NCBI GenBank assembly: GCA_025054935.1
Contig: JANWZD010000002.1
Span: forward strand, 172,145-236,144
From: Dehalococcoidia bacterium
GTDB lineage: Bacteria; Chloroflexota; Dehalococcoidia; SpSt-223
DNA length: 64,000 nucleotides
Direction: 5' to 3'
Shown here in pieces: positions 37,698 through 48,240 of the stretch. A model generated the notes under the pieces. That model was not told where the DNA came from. It made no database searches and was given only the letters and a program-made list of their open reading frames with translations. Position 1 is the first letter of the stretch; every line of letters begins with the position of its first letter. A program made the translations under genes and the position numbers.

Positions 37698-38460
37698 AGC
37701 GGACCATCCCCATTCGTTCGAGCAGGGTCTCAGCGAGCGCGCGGTAGGTGGCGGCGAGCTCACTGTTCGAGGCATAGTCGAGCAGGCTGAGGCTGCGCTC
37801 CTGCGCCTCGAGCACTTTCACGGTCTGCCGGATGGGCGGCGCGAGAACAAGGTCGCCGAGCGCGTTGCGCACGTCGGCGAGCAGTTCGCGGTCGTAGAGG
37901 CGGCGCGGGTCGAAGAACGTCGGCAACACGCCGATCAGGTCTAAGGCGGGATTGAGATGGCGGCGGACGGCCGCGATCAGCCCCCGGAGATGGTTCAGGC
38001 CGAGAAGAGGCAGTCGCGCCATCTGAACTGGAACGAGCGCCCAGCGAGCGGCAGCGAGGGCATTGACTGTCAGCAGGCCAAGCGACGGCGGGCAGTCGAT
38101 CAGGACGATCTCCCACTCGGCGCGGTCGGCGAGTTCGTCCCGAAGGATCGTCTCGCGGGCGAGCGCCTGCTGAGCAGCCACCTCCGCTGCGGCGAGGTCG
38201 AGGTGTGCCGGCGCGACGGCAAGGTTCGGCCTGAGCGCGCGGACAATCGCTCCCAGCGAGCGCTCGCGGCTGAGGAGGGCCGCTGTCGACTCGCCGGCGT
38301 CGATCGTCTCGAGCCCCAGCGCCGCGGTCAGGTTTGCTTGCGGGTCAAGGTCGATTAGGAGAACCCGCGCTCCCTGCTCTGCGAACGCCGCGCCCAAGTT
38401 GAGCGCCGTCGTCGTCTTGCCGACGCCCCCTTTCTGATTGGCGATCGCGATCACCACCAC
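37687..38460 (-). CDS. parA: chromosome partitioning ATPase ParA (Soj)
   Basis: Deviant Walker A ([20 protein letters not shown]), 257 aa, immediately upstream of parB. Confidence 0.9.
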   Translation of the reverse strand: MVVIAIANQKGGVGKTTTALNLGAAFAEQGARVLLIDLDPQANLTAALGLETIDAGESTAALLSRERSLGAIVRALRPNLAVAPAHLDLAAAEVAAQQALARETILRDELADRAEWEIVLIDCPPSLGLLTVNALAAARWALVPVQMARLPLLGLNHLRGLIAAVRRHLNPALDLIGVLPTFFDPRRLYDRELLADVRNALGDLVLAPPIRQTVKVLEAQERSLSLLDYASNSELAATYRALAETLLERMGMVRYAV

Positions 38461-38594
38461 CGGTATGCTCCTTGCCCGCCAGTGTAGGTCGGCTCGCTCC
38501 TCTGCTCCAAGGAGTTAGTAGAATTGCGGCGAGGAAACAGCCGCCAGCGCAGGAGCCCCTCAGCTGCGCGCGGTTTTACGGACAAGGAGTTCCC

Positions 38595-41171
38595 ATGTCG
38601 TCGGTCGCGCCCTCGATCACCCCGGCGGACGAGACCTCGTATCGGCTTCCCCGCACCGTTATCCCGCACCGCTATGCGATTCGTCTTGTCCCCGACCTTG
38701 CAGCCGCAACGTTCTCCGGCGAGGAGACGGTCGAGGTGACTGTGCGCGAGCCGGTGCGCGCCATTGTTCTCAATGCCGCCGAACTGGAGATCACTGCGGC
38801 CGAGCTGGTCAAGGAAGGGCGCGCGCTTCGGGCAGCGCCCGACTACGACGAACCGCTCGAGCGGGTGACGCTCGCGCTCGACGCGGAGGCCGAACCGGGC
38901 GAATGGCGTCTCCATCTCCGCTTCACTGGCACTCTCAACGATAAGCTGCGCGGCTTTTATCGCAGCACGTTCAAGGACGAGCAGGGCCAGCAGCAGGTGA
39001 TCGCGGCGACCCAGTTCGAATCGACCGACGCGCGGCGCGCTTTCCCCTGCTGGGACGAGCCCGATTTCAAGGCGACGTTCGCAGTGACGCTCGTCGTCGA
39101 TGAAGGGATGATGGCAATCTCGAACGGACCGGAGGTCCGGCGAGAGCCTGTCGGAGCGGGCAAAGTCGCGGTCACGTTCGCTGAGACGATGAAGATGTCG
39201 ACATATCTCGTGGCGTTTGTCGTCGGGCCGTTCGAGGCGACCACGCCAGTGGATGTCCGCGGCGTGCCGCTGCGGGTCGTCGCCCCGCGCGGCAAGCTCC
39301 ACCTTGCGAACTACGCCCTCACGATCGGGCAATTCGCTCTCACCTTCTTCGCCGACTACTTCGGCATCCCCTACCCTGCCGAAAAGCTCGACCTGATCGC
39401 GATCCCCGACTTCGCCTTTGGAGCGATGGAAAATCTCGGCGCCGTCACCTTCCGCGAGACGGCGCTCCTCGTTGATGAGGCGAACGCCTCCCAGTCCGAG
39501 CTCGAGCGGATCGCCGATGTCGTCGCGCACGAGATCGCCCATATGTGGTTTGGCGACCTCGTTACGATGCGCTGGTGGAACGGCATTTGGCTGAATGAAG
39601 CGTTCGCCACCTTTATGGAGATGGTCGCGGTCGATGCCTGGAAGCCGGAGTGGCGGCGCTGGGACAGTTTTGCGATCGAGCGGAGCGCCGCGATGGCGGT
39701 CGACGCCCTCGAGTCGACCCGTCCGGTCGAATACCCCGTTCGGTGGCCCGCTGAAGCAGCGGACATGTTTGATGTCCTCACCTATCAGAAGGGCGGCGCT
39801 GTGCTGCGGATGCTCGAGCAGTATCTCGGCCCTGAGCGGTTCATGGAAGGGATCCGCCACTACCTCCGCGTCCATGCTTACGGCAACACCGAAACCACCG
39901 ACCTGTGGGATGCCATTGAGGCGACGACCGGCGAGCCGGTGCGCGCGATCATGGACAGCTGGATCTTTCAAAAAGGGTTTCCGCTGATCACGGTCTCGCG
40001 CGGCGACGATGGGCGGGTCTGCCTCCGCCAGCAGCGTTTCCGCTATCTGCCCGTTCCTGAGGAGACTACGCGCTGGAAGGTGCCGATCCTCCTGCGCGCA
40101 GAAGCCGCCGGGCAGACGACCCACTCCAAAGTGCTGCTCGAGGAAGAGACGCTCGCCCTTGACCTCGGCCAGCCGGAGCGGGTTGTCGTCAATAGCGGCG
40201 GCAGCGGCTTCTACCGCGTTCACTACGAGAGCGGTCTGCTCGCGGCGCTTCTGGAGCAGGTGGGCGCGCTCAATCCCGTCGAGCGCTACCAGCTGGTTGA
40301 CAACACGGCTGCGGCGATGGTCGCCGGACGAGCGACGCCAGCCGACCTAATGGCGCTCGCCCGCGCCCTCGCGAACGACGACGACCGCAATGTCTGGGAG
40401 GCGCTGATCAGCGCGCTCAGCTATCTCCACCGCGCCGCCGACGACGACCTGCGGCCGGCGGTGCGGCGGCGGATTCGCGAGCTGCTCAAGCCGAAGGCTG
40501 ACCAGCTTGGCTGGGACCCGGCCCCGAAGGAAAGCGACCTCACCCGCGCCCTCCGCGGCCAGCTGATCCAGGCGCTCGGGACCCTCGGCGACGATGAGGA
40601 GACCCGCGCTCACGCCCGTGCTCGCTACGCGCGCTACCTCGACGACCGCGCTTCGCTCGACCCGAACCTCATAACGCCGGTGGTCGAAGTTCTTGCTTAC
40701 ATCGGCGGCGCCGAAGAGTACGCGCAGTTCGTCGACCGCTACAAATCAGCCGCCACGCCGCAGGAGGAGATGCGCTATCTGCTGGCGCTCGGCGCGTTCC
40801 GCGACCGCGCGCTCGCCTCGCGCACCCTCGAGATGACGCTCAGCGGCGAGGTCCGGTCGCAGAACTCGGCGCTGGTGATCAACCGCGTCCTTGCGAACCT
40901 CACGGCGAGCGACCTCGCGTGGGAATTTATCAAGGGGCACTGGGACGAGATCCTTCAGAAGCTGCCTGCCAACATGGTCCCCCGCACCGTGAGCAGCCTT
41001 GCGGTGGTGATGGACCGCCAGATCGCCGAGGACGCGAAGCGGTTCTTCGCGACGGCGCCGCTGAAGGAGGGGCGGAAGCTGATTGAGCAGACGCTGGAAC
41101 GGCAGGAAACTGCCGTCGCCTTCAGAGAGCGCGCTGCCGGTGTGCTCCGGGAGCTGTTTGGCGGTTCGTGA
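38595..41171 (+). CDS. pepN: aminopeptidase N (M1 family)
   Basis: GAMEN motif, HEIAHMWFGDLVTMRWWNGIWLNEAF zinc site, ERAP1-like C-terminal helical domain. ATG 38595 is preceded by AAGGAG; the track ORF begins 41 codons earlier. Confidence 0.9.
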   Translation: MSSVAPSITPADETSYRLPRTVIPHRYAIRLVPDLAAATFSGEETVEVTVREPVRAIVLNAAELEITAAELVKEGRALRAAPDYDEPLERVTLALDAEAEPGEWRLHLRFTGTLNDKLRGFYRSTFKDEQGQQQVIAATQFESTDARRAFPCWDEPDFKATFAVTLVVDEGMMAISNGPEVRREPVGAGKVAVTFAETMKMSTYLVAFVVGPFEATTPVDVRGVPLRVVAPRGKLHLANYALTIGQFALTFFADYFGIPYPAEKLDLIAIPDFAFGAMENLGAVTFRETALLVDEANASQSELERIADVVAHEIAHMWFGDLVTMRWWNGIWLNEAFATFMEMVAVDAWKPEWRRWDSFAIERSAAMAVDALESTRPVEYPVRWPAEAADMFDVLTYQKGGAVLRMLEQYLGPERFMEGIRHYLRVHAYGNTETTDLWDAIEATTGEPVRAIMDSWIFQKGFPLITVSRGDDGRVCLRQQRFRYLPVPEETTRWKVPILLRAEAAGQTTHSKVLLEEETLALDLGQPERVVVNSGGSGFYRVHYESGLLAALLEQVGALNPVERYQLVDNTAAAMVAGRATPADLMALARALANDDDRNVWEALISALSYLHRAADDDLRPAVRRRIRELLKPKADQLGWDPAPKESDLTRALRGQLIQALGTLGDDEETRAHARARYARYLDDRASLDPNLITPVVEVLAYIGGAEEYAQFVDRYKSAATPQEEMRYLLALGAFRDRALASRTLEMTLSGEVRSQNSALVINRVLANLTASDLAWEFIKGHWDEILQKLPANMVPRTVSSLAVVMDRQIAEDAKRFFATAPLKEGRKLIEQTLERQETAVAFRERAAGVLRELFGGS

Positions 41172-41186
41172 GCGTGCCAGGCGGCG

Positions 41187-41942
41187 CTACCAGCGCCACC
41201 ACAGCTGACGAGACGGGGAGAGCAGAGAGAAGAGGCTCGGCGGCGCCGCGGGAGCGACGACCGGGTTGCCTTGCCGGTCGAGGACCCAGCCGCGCGCGAG
41301 ATACGCGTTGATCGCCCCGGCCGGCGTGGAAAGAAGCGTGGGTGCGCTGCTGGTCGCCAAGCCGCCGCGGACGATCCCCATCAGCTTGCCGTCCGCATCG
41401 AGCACCGCACCGCCAGAGTCGCCGAACGACGCGGGGGTGTCGCTCGAGATGAGCGGCCAATCGCGGCCGTCGGGACCGAGAGCGCCGGGAGTGACGAAGC
41501 CGGTCACGCGCCCCGATTTCACGCTCGGCTGCTCAGCGGCATCTTGGCGATAGCCGATGACGGTCTGCGCTTCGCCGAGGCGGACGGGAGTATCGCGGAC
41601 AACGAACGGCCGCGCCGGGAGCGAGCGGTCGGCGCGAAGGACGGCGAGGTCGGCGGCTGGCTCGAGCAGCACCGGACGGGCCGGCGCTATCGTCCCGTCG
41701 AGGAAGACAAGTGTGATCGACTTCGCCTCCGCCACCACATGGTAGGCCGTGATCGCAAGCCGGTCGCCGATCGTCGCCGCTGACCCGAGGGTGATCCCAG
41801 ATCCCCCGTTGCGGCTGCCGACCACCTTCGGCACCGCCTGACGGTGGGACGAGGCCGGCTGCCACGCCGCAGCAGGCGCAGCCGCGATCGCGGTGAGGGC
41901 GAGGACGAGAAGAGGAAGGAGGAGGCGGCGGACCGAGCCCAT
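41187..41942 (-). CDS. secreted trypsin-like (S1) serine protease
   Basis: Signal peptide (MGSVRRLLLPLLVLALTAIAAAPAAA) from the internal ATG at 41942. His (ITAYHVV) and Ser (GDSGGAVLD) catalytic motifs. No PDZ domain. Confidence 0.75.
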   Translation of the reverse strand: MGSVRRLLLPLLVLALTAIAAAPAAAWQPASSHRQAVPKVVGSRNGGSGITLGSAATIGDRLAITAYHVVAEAKSITLVFLDGTIAPARPVLLEPAADLAVLRADRSLPARPFVVRDTPVRLGEAQTVIGYRQDAAEQPSVKSGRVTGFVTPGALGPDGRDWPLISSDTPASFGDSGGAVLDADGKLMGIVRGGLATSSAPTLLSTPAGAINAYLARGWVLDRQGNPVVAPAAPPSLFSLLSPSRQLWWRW

Positions 41943-42022
41943 CGCCACCAGTGTGGCAGATTTGGCCGTCGACCGGCAAATGGGGTTTTCCCTAATCCTG
42001 GCCCTCTGCGTTCCGCAACACG

Positions 42023-44923
42023 TCAGCGGGCGCCAACCGCAGTCCGCGCGCGCCCGCGGAGGATTTTCGCCAGGAACTGGCCGGTGTATGAGTTCGGATT
42101 GGCGGCAACCTCCTCGGGCGTGCCGACCGCGACGACGGTACCGCCGCGCGTGCCGCCGCCAGGCCCGAGGTCGATGATCCAATCGGCGGCTTTGATCATG
42201 TCGAGGTTATGCTCGATCAGCAGCACCGTATTGCCGGCGTCGACCAGCCGCTGGAGGACGCGCAGGAGCGCAGCACAATCCTCGAACGACAGCCCTGTCG
42301 TCGGCTCATCGAGGACATAGAGCGTTCGTCCGGTCGCGCGGCGCGACAACTCGGTGGCGAGCTTAACCCGCTGCGCTTCTCCGCCCGAAAGCGTGGTTGC
42401 CGGCTGCCCAAGCCGGATGTATCCCAGCCCGACATCGAACAGGGTTTGCAGCTTGTTGCGGAGCGCCGGCACGGCGTCGAAGAACGCCAGCGCTTCGGTC
42501 ACCGTCATATCGAGCACGTCAGCGATACTTTTTCCCTTATACCGCACTTCGAGCGCTTCGCGGTTGTAGCGCTTCCCTTTGCACACCTCGCACGGGATCG
42601 TGATGTCCGGCAGGAAGTGCATCTCGATCTCGACGTAGCCTTCGCCTTTGCACGCCTCGCAGCGGCCGCCTTTGACATTGAAGGAGAACCGCCCCGGGCC
42701 ATAGCCCCGCGCCCGCGCCTCGGGCACTTGGGCGAACAGCTCGCGGATGGCAGTAAACGCTCCGGTGTAGGTAGCGGGGTTCGACCGCGGCGTGCGGCCG
42801 ATCGGCGACTGGTCAACGTTGACGACCTTGTCGAGATGCTCGATGCCCAGGATCTCGGTGTGCGCGCCGGGCTTCTCCTTCGCCCGATAGAGCGTTTGAG
42901 CGAGCTTCCGGTAGAGAATGTCGTGGATGAGCGTGCTCTTCCCGCTGCCGCTCACCCCCGTGATGCAGACGAGGAGCCCGAGCGGCAGGGTGACGTCAAT
43001 GTTGCGCAGGTTGTGCTCGCGCGCGCCGCGGATTTCAAGGACCCGGCCGCTCGGCCGCCGCCGTGTCGCAGGAACCGGGATTTCGCGCGCGCCGGAGAGG
43101 TATTGACCGGTGAGCGACCGCGGGTTCGCCATAATCTCGTCCGGCGTTCCGGTCGCAACCACTTCGCCGCCGAACTCGCCTGCTCCGGGTCCCATGTCGA
43201 TGATGTAATCGGCGGCGCGGATCATCGCCTCGTCGTGCTCGACGATCAGCAGCGTGTTGCCGAGGTCGCGCAGCCGCTTCAGAGTGCGGATCAACCGCTC
43301 GCCATCGACAGGATGGAGGCCGATCGACGGTTCGTCGCAGATGTAGAGGACGCCCATCAGGCCGCTGCCGATCTGGGTGGCGAGCCGGATGCGCTGCGCT
43401 TCGCCGCCCGACAGGCTCGAGGCCGGCCGGTCGAGCGTCAGGTAGTCGAGGCCGACGTCCATCAGAAAGCCGAGCCGGCTCCGGATCTCTTTCAGGATCT
43501 GGTGGGCGATCGCCCGCTCGCGTTCGGTCAGGAGCGGCGGACCGTCGGCTGGCCGCTCGTCGCTCAGCAGCGTGAAGAAGCAGATTGCATCGGCGATCGA
43601 CATCGAGACGACCTCGTCGATGTTCTTGCCGCCGACCCGGACAGCGAGCGCTTCAGGCCGCAGCCGCTTGCCGCGGCAGGTCGGGCATTGGCGGGTCGTC
43701 ATGTACTGCTCGATGTCCTGCTTCACCCAATCGGAGTCGGTCTCGCGGTAGCGCCGCTCGAGGTTCGGAATGACCCCCTCGTAGGTGGTGGTGTATTCGC
43801 GGACCCGGCCTTGGGCGTTGCGATAGCGGACGACGATCGGTGTCGGCCCCGTTCCGTAGAGGACGATGCGTCGCGCCTCGTCGCTCAGCTCCGCCCACGG
43901 CGTTGTGAGCGAGAAGCCGATATGCTCCGCCACTGCCCCCAGCAGGTTGCGGTACCAAGTTGCCTCGCTCGTGCGGCGGGTGTAGGGGACAATGGCGCCG
44001 TCGGCGATTGAGAGGCGCGGGTCGGGAACGACGAGGTCGGGGTCGATCTCAAGCCGCGTCCCGAGGCCGGTGCAGTCGGGGCAGGCACCGTGGGGGCTGT
44101 TGAACGAGAAGGTGCGGGGCGCGATCTCGGCGAGCGAGACATGCCCTTCCGGGCAGGCGAGCCGCTCCGAAAAGAGCAGTTCCTCTCCTCCGACGACCGA
44201 CGCGATCATCACTCCTTCGCCGATCTTGAGCGCCGTCTCGACGGAGTCGGCGAGGCGGGCAGCATCGACGAGCACGCCGTCCTCCTGCTGAATGACCAGC
44301 CGGTCGACGACGACTTCGATCGTGTGGCGTTTGTTCTTGTCGAGGGTGATGGGCTCGCTCAGGTCGCGCATCTGGCCGTCGACACGCACGCGGACGAAGC
44401 CCTGTTTGCGCACTTCATCGAGCAGGGCGACATGCTCCCCTTTCCGGTCCTTGACGAGCGGCCCGAGGATGAGAATGCGCGTGCCGCTCGGCAGCTCGGC
44501 AAGAGCATCGACGATCTGCTGGACCGTCTGGCGCGCGATCGCCCGGCCGCACACCGGGCAGTGCGGCCGGCCGACGCGGGCGAAGAGCAGACGGAGGTAG
44601 TCGTAGACCTCGGTGATCGTCCCGACAGTCGAGCGCGGATTGCGGCTCGCCCCCTTCTGGTCGATCGAGATCGCAGGAGAAAGCCCGTCGATGTGATCGA
44701 CGTCCGGCTTCTCCATCTGCCCGAGAAACTGCCGCGCATAGGCCGAGAGCGACTCGACGTAGCGGCGTTGGCCTTCGGCGTAGATGGTGTCGAAGGCGAG
44801 GGAACTTTTCCCGGAGCCGGAGAGGCCGGTGATCACCACCAGCTTGTCGCGGGGGATCTCGACGTCGATGTTCTTGAGATTGTGCTCGCGCGCGCCACGG
44901 ACCACGATCCGGTCAAGAGGCAT
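42023..44923 (-). CDS. uvrA: excinuclease ABC subunit A
   Basis: 966 aa with two ABC ATPase modules ([12 protein letters not shown]; [10 protein letters not shown]), zinc-finger cysteines ([15 protein letters not shown]) and UvrA-specific insertions. Confidence 0.95.
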   Translation of the reverse strand: MPLDRIVVRGAREHNLKNIDVEIPRDKLVVITGLSGSGKSSLAFDTIYAEGQRRYVESLSAYARQFLGQMEKPDVDHIDGLSPAISIDQKGASRNPRSTVGTITEVYDYLRLLFARVGRPHCPVCGRAIARQTVQQIVDALAELPSGTRILILGPLVKDRKGEHVALLDEVRKQGFVRVRVDGQMRDLSEPITLDKNKRHTIEVVVDRLVIQQEDGVLVDAARLADSVETALKIGEGVMIASVVGGEELLFSERLACPEGHVSLAEIAPRTFSFNSPHGACPDCTGLGTRLEIDPDLVVPDPRLSIADGAIVPYTRRTSEATWYRNLLGAVAEHIGFSLTTPWAELSDEARRIVLYGTGPTPIVVRYRNAQGRVREYTTTYEGVIPNLERRYRETDSDWVKQDIEQYMTTRQCPTCRGKRLRPEALAVRVGGKNIDEVVSMSIADAICFFTLLSDERPADGPPLLTERERAIAHQILKEIRSRLGFLMDVGLDYLTLDRPASSLSGGEAQRIRLATQIGSGLMGVLYICDEPSIGLHPVDGERLIRTLKRLRDLGNTLLIVEHDEAMIRAADYIIDMGPGAGEFGGEVVATGTPDEIMANPRSLTGQYLSGAREIPVPATRRRPSGRVLEIRGAREHNLRNIDVTLPLGLLVCITGVSGSGKSTLIHDILYRKLAQTLYRAKEKPGAHTEILGIEHLDKVVNVDQSPIGRTPRSNPATYTGAFTAIRELFAQVPEARARGYGPGRFSFNVKGGRCEACKGEGYVEIEMHFLPDITIPCEVCKGKRYNREALEVRYKGKSIADVLDMTVTEALAFFDAVPALRNKLQTLFDVGLGYIRLGQPATTLSGGEAQRVKLATELSRRATGRTLYVLDEPTTGLSFEDCAALLRVLQRLVDAGNTVLLIEHNLDMIKAADWIIDLGPGGGTRGGTVVAVGTPEEVAANPNSYTGQFLAKILRGRARTAVGAR

Positions 44924-45059
44924 GTTGTCGCGGCTCCATCCAGCATGCTGACGCCCTCTGCTGCCGCGTTGCGGGCGAAAACTGGGTCATAATCATGCGG
45001 AGTCTACACGAACAGACGTGCGTCCCAACAGCAGTTGGCGGATGAACGGTCCGTCACGA

Positions 45060-45089
45060 TTGAAGGGCAAGCGGAGCGGCGGTTATACT
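45060..45089 (+). promoter_or_regulatory. sigma70-like promoter for tRNA-Thr (TTGAAG-18 nt-TATACT)
   Basis: TTGAAG at 45060..45065 and TATACT at 45084..45089; the tRNA 5' end lies 13 nt downstream of the -10 element. Confidence 0.55.
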
Positions 45090-45101
45090 AGCTTCGTGCT
45101 T

Positions 45102-45176
45102 GCCGACATGGCTCAGCGGTAGAGCAGCCGCCTCGTAAGCGGCAGGTCCCCGGTTCGAATCCGGGTGTCGGCTCCA
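45102..45176 (+). tRNA. tRNA-Thr: tRNA-Thr (anticodon CGT), CCA encoded
   Basis: 75 nt: acceptor GCCGACA/TGTCGGC, D-arm GCTC-AGCGGTAG-AGC, anticodon arm GCCGC-CTCGTAA-GCGGC (CGT at 45134..45136), T-arm CCCGG-TTCGAAT-CCGGG, discriminator T and CCA. Confidence 0.9.
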
Positions 45177-45217
45177 TCTCTCTCACCGTTGTACCCGCTG
45201 GGCAGGTCGCTTCCGCA

Positions 45218-46387
45218 TCAGCGCGGCGGTCGTCCTTCGCTGAGCGCGTGCTTTCCCAGAAGTTCCGTCGCCGCCAGATGATTCAGCGGGTGAACGGTGG
45301 CGCTGCGCACGTCGCGGTACAGCTTTTCGAGCCCGGTTCGGCGATAGAGCGCGACGCCGCCCAGGATCTCCATCGCCCGCGTCACGACCTCAACCGCGGC
45401 GTGCGACACGTAGTCCTTCATCGCCATCGCTTCGAGATGCTCTGTCGCCCCCCAGCCGGCTGCGGTTGGGTGGCGCATGATGAGCAAGTCGAGCCACGCA
45501 TTCGCCGAGCGCCAAATGATCTCCACTTCGCCGACGCGGCTCGGCAGGCGCGGGTCGGCGGCGAGCGGCTGGGTGGAGCCGAATTGTGTTCGCGTCGTCA
45601 GCGTGTCGATGAGGATGCGCCGGGCGGCGTCGGCGACCCCCAAATAGAGCGACATCATGAACAGGACGCCGTAGCTGAACGCGAGGAAGTTCAGGTTGTT
45701 GGGGTCAGGGCTGAGGCGGTCGCGGTCAGGGATCAGAGAGAAGACCCGTTCGTCTGGGACGAACACGTTCTCAAAGACTAGGTCTTGGCTGCCGCTCGCC
45801 CGCATCCCCAGAGCGTCCCAGTCGTTCTGAGGCTTGACGCCGGGGTCGGAGAAGGAGAAGAGTCCGCTGACAGCAATCGGCTCGCTGTCGATCAGGGCCG
45901 GGCAGGAGAGGATGCCGAAGTCGGCCGCCGGACTGAGCGTTCCCCAGCCGGCGCGGCCGTTGAACAGCCAGCCGCCTTCAACCCGCGTTGCCGAGCGAGG
46001 GACGCGGCCTTCGAACTCGGGCAGCCCCCCGTAGAACCCGATCACCCATCGGTTCGCCGCAACTTCCCGCAGAAAGGCGGCGCCGTCCCACGCGCCGCGC
46101 CGGACCAGTTCGCCGAGGAGGTAGAGCGAAAGCTGATGCTGCAGCAGCCCGAGCGTCGTGCTCGGGCAGCCGCGGCCGAGGATGCGGATCGTCCGGCACA
46201 GGTCGGGCACGCCGACGCCCCACCCGCCGAACTCTTCCGGCAAGCCCGCCAGCACGTAGCCGGTCGCTTTCGCCGCGGCGATGTTCTCGTGAGGAAATCG
46301 GCTCGTGCGGTCGGTCTCGTCGGCAAGCTCGGCAAAGCGTGCCGACAGCTCCTCGGCGACCCGATAGACATCGGTTGCAGTCATCAT
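45218..46387 (-). CDS. acyl-CoA dehydrogenase family protein
   Basis: ACAD-like motifs (EGGWLFNGRAGWGT; WDALGMRASGSQDLVFENVFVPDERV), 389 aa. Confidence 0.8.
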   Translation of the reverse strand: MMTATDVYRVAEELSARFAELADETDRTSRFPHENIAAAKATGYVLAGLPEEFGGWGVGVPDLCRTIRILGRGCPSTTLGLLQHQLSLYLLGELVRRGAWDGAAFLREVAANRWVIGFYGGLPEFEGRVPRSATRVEGGWLFNGRAGWGTLSPAADFGILSCPALIDSEPIAVSGLFSFSDPGVKPQNDWDALGMRASGSQDLVFENVFVPDERVFSLIPDRDRLSPDPNNLNFLAFSYGVLFMMSLYLGVADAARRILIDTLTTRTQFGSTQPLAADPRLPSRVGEVEIIWRSANAWLDLLIMRHPTAAGWGATEHLEAMAMKDYVSHAAVEVVTRAMEILGGVALYRRTGLEKLYRDVRSATVHPLNHLAATELLGKHALSEGRPPR

Positions 46388-46415
46388 GAGCGCTCTCCCG
46401 AATGGGCGATCACAT

Positions 46416-46445
46416 TGCTGCCCGTCGGCTCTTGACTGGGCAGCA
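46416..46445. promoter_or_regulatory. inverted repeat TGCTGCCC-N14-GGGCAGCA in the divergent intergenic region, 29 nt upstream of the ACAD start codon
   Basis: 8-bp perfect arms (46416..46423 / 46438..46445). The spacer contains TTGACT. Candidate operator (for example TetR-type) for the ACAD gene or the divergent operon. Confidence 0.35.
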
Positions 46446-46852
46446 GGCGGCCGCGCGCTCCGAGAGCGGGCGCAGAGGGGGAAGCGCCCGCCTCCCGCGC
46501 GGAGCGCTGCGGACCTCAGCCGGCGGTCTGGTCGAGGATGAGGCCGGTGCTCGCGATGCCCGAGCGCGTTCTCGGCGTGAGGGGGAGATCGCGCAGCGCC
46601 GACCTCGCCGCCCGACCGCGCCAGCAGCGAGGCCGGCGCGCTGCGAAGCAGCGTTGGCTCCGCTTCTGTCCCACCGGCAGGGGCACGAGCGGGGGAAACG
46701 CCGTCTCAAGACCTCGGACAGGAGCACAAGCTGGGAAACCGCGGTATCAAGCATCTGTTTGCGCTTCTCCGCGGCCTATTCTACGCTTCGCGCCAGCATT
46801 TGCGAGTGCGTCCTCAGCGGGCGCAGAGACCTGCACGAAGGTGGAAGAAACG

Positions 46853-47299
46853 ATGACCGACCATGCTGGCTGTCTTCCCGCCCTAACGCTCGCCGATGCG
46901 CTCCGCTTGGTCGAAGCGGCTGAAGCGCGGGCGCGCGAGATCGGCGTGCCAATGGCGATCGCCGTCGTCGACGCCGGCGGTCACCCGATCGAAGTGCGGC
47001 GGATGGACGGCGCTCCCGTGGCGGCGATGACGACGGTCGTCGCCAAGGCGCGCACTGCGGTCCACTTCCGGACGACGACCGAGGCGCTGGTTGAAGGGGC
47101 GAAAGCCTGGCCCGAGGTATACCAGTCCTGGATCACGGTGTCGGGCGGGCAATGGGTGCTGTCCAAAGGCGGCGTTCCGCTCTGGAAGAACGGCCACGTC
47201 GTCGGCGGCATCGGCTGCAGCGGCGGCACCGGCGCCCAAGACATCACCTGTGCGGAGACCGCTCGCGACCGCGCCGGCTTTGCCGCTGGGCCCGAATGA
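46853..47299 (+). CDS. GlcG/HbpS-like (DUF336) heme-binding protein
   Basis: ATG 46853 is preceded by AAGGTGG. Motifs AIAVVDAGGHPIEVRRMDGAP and GGVPLWKNGHVVGGIGCSGGTGAQD. The upstream 105 codons of the track ORF are Arg-rich junk. Confidence 0.7.
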   Translation: MTDHAGCLPALTLADALRLVEAAEARAREIGVPMAIAVVDAGGHPIEVRRMDGAPVAAMTTVVAKARTAVHFRTTTEALVEGAKAWPEVYQSWITVSGGQWVLSKGGVPLWKNGHVVGGIGCSGGTGAQDITCAETARDRAGFAAGPE

Positions 47300-48237
47300 C
47301 CGCGCGGCTGCTCGGCGGGATCGATCAGGTGTGCGTCGGTGCGCAGGACCTCGAGGCGACGACCCGCTTCTTTGTCGACGGCCTTGGGCTCCACGTGGTG
47401 GACGAGGGGCAGGTCGGCGGAGCGGGCTACGCCGCGCTGTGGGGGATCCCCGCCGATCGAGCGCTCCGTCTCCGGGTCGTTGGCCATCCCGCCGTCCCGC
47501 GCGGGCGGGTGCGAATCGCCGAAGCGCTGCTGCCGGCGCCGCCCCCGACGATGCTGACCGACCTCGGCATCTTCGACGTCGATTTCCTCGCGCGCGACCT
47601 CGATGGCATATGCGCGCGGGTGCGCGAGGCCGGCTTTTCGCTCTGGTCCGCCCCCCTTGCCTATCAGATAGGGGCGATCACCGTCCGCGAAGCGATCGCC
47701 GAGCCGCCCGACGGCCTGCGCTCGGCGCTCATTCAGGATACCGGCTCGGCAAGCGCCCTGCGCGACCAGCCGCACCTCGCCGTCTCGGAGGCGGTGATCA
47801 CCGCGGTCGGGGTCGACGATGTCGAGCGCGGACTGGCATTCTACCGCGCGGCATTCGGGCTAGCGCCGCTGCGCGTCTTCGACATCCGCAGCCGCGAACT
47901 GAACGCTCTCCTTCTCCTTCCCGGCGAGGTTGCGCTGCGCGTTGCCCTGCTCGACATGCCGCCGGCTCGCCTCGAACTGATCCAAGTCGTTGACGGCCCC
48001 GCGCCCTGCCGCGACATCCGCCCGCTCCAGCGGCCGCCCCGCGCCGGCTTCCAGGGCAACGCGTATTGGATCGCCGACCTCGACGATGCCGTCGCTGCCT
48101 GCGTCACGGCGGGCGCGCGGCTCCTCGCCGGGCCGGTTGCGCTGCCGGCGGACGTCCTTTCCCCGCGGCCACGCCGCACTGTCCTCCTCGTCGACCCCGT
48201 CGGCACGGTACTTGAACTGTCGGAGCGTCGAGGCTGA
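47296..48237 (+). CDS. VOC-family (glyoxalase/bleomycin resistance/dioxygenase fold) protein, two tandem VOC modules
   Basis: ATGA overlap with the GlcG-like gene. Two betaalphabetabetabeta modules (IDQVCVGAQDLEATTRFFVDGLGLHV...; ITAVGVDDVERGLAFYRAAFGLAP...). Confidence 0.7.
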   Translation: MTARLLGGIDQVCVGAQDLEATTRFFVDGLGLHVVDEGQVGGAGYAALWGIPADRALRLRVVGHPAVPRGRVRIAEALLPAPPPTMLTDLGIFDVDFLARDLDGICARVREAGFSLWSAPLAYQIGAITVREAIAEPPDGLRSALIQDTGSASALRDQPHLAVSEAVITAVGVDDVERGLAFYRAAFGLAPLRVFDIRSRELNALLLLPGEVALRVALLDMPPARLELIQVVDGPAPCRDIRPLQRPPRAGFQGNAYWIADLDDAVAACVTAGARLLAGPVALPADVLSPRPRRTVLLVDPVGTVLELSERRG

Positions 48238-48240
48238 GCG

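Noticed and set aside
38451-40223. 590-aa minus-strand ORF antisense to pepN
   Set aside because: pepN on the plus strand has unambiguous M1 motifs (GAMEN, HEIAHMWFGD); the antisense product has no motifs and biased composition.
42209-44011. 600-aa plus-strand ORF antisense to uvrA
   Set aside because: uvrA is unmistakable on the minus strand; the antisense ORF is a GC artefact.
45102-46387. tRNA-Thr as a possible integration site for a genomic island
   Set aside because: No integrase, direct repeat of the tRNA 3' end, or compositional shift follows the tRNA; the next gene is a housekeeping-type acyl-CoA dehydrogenase.
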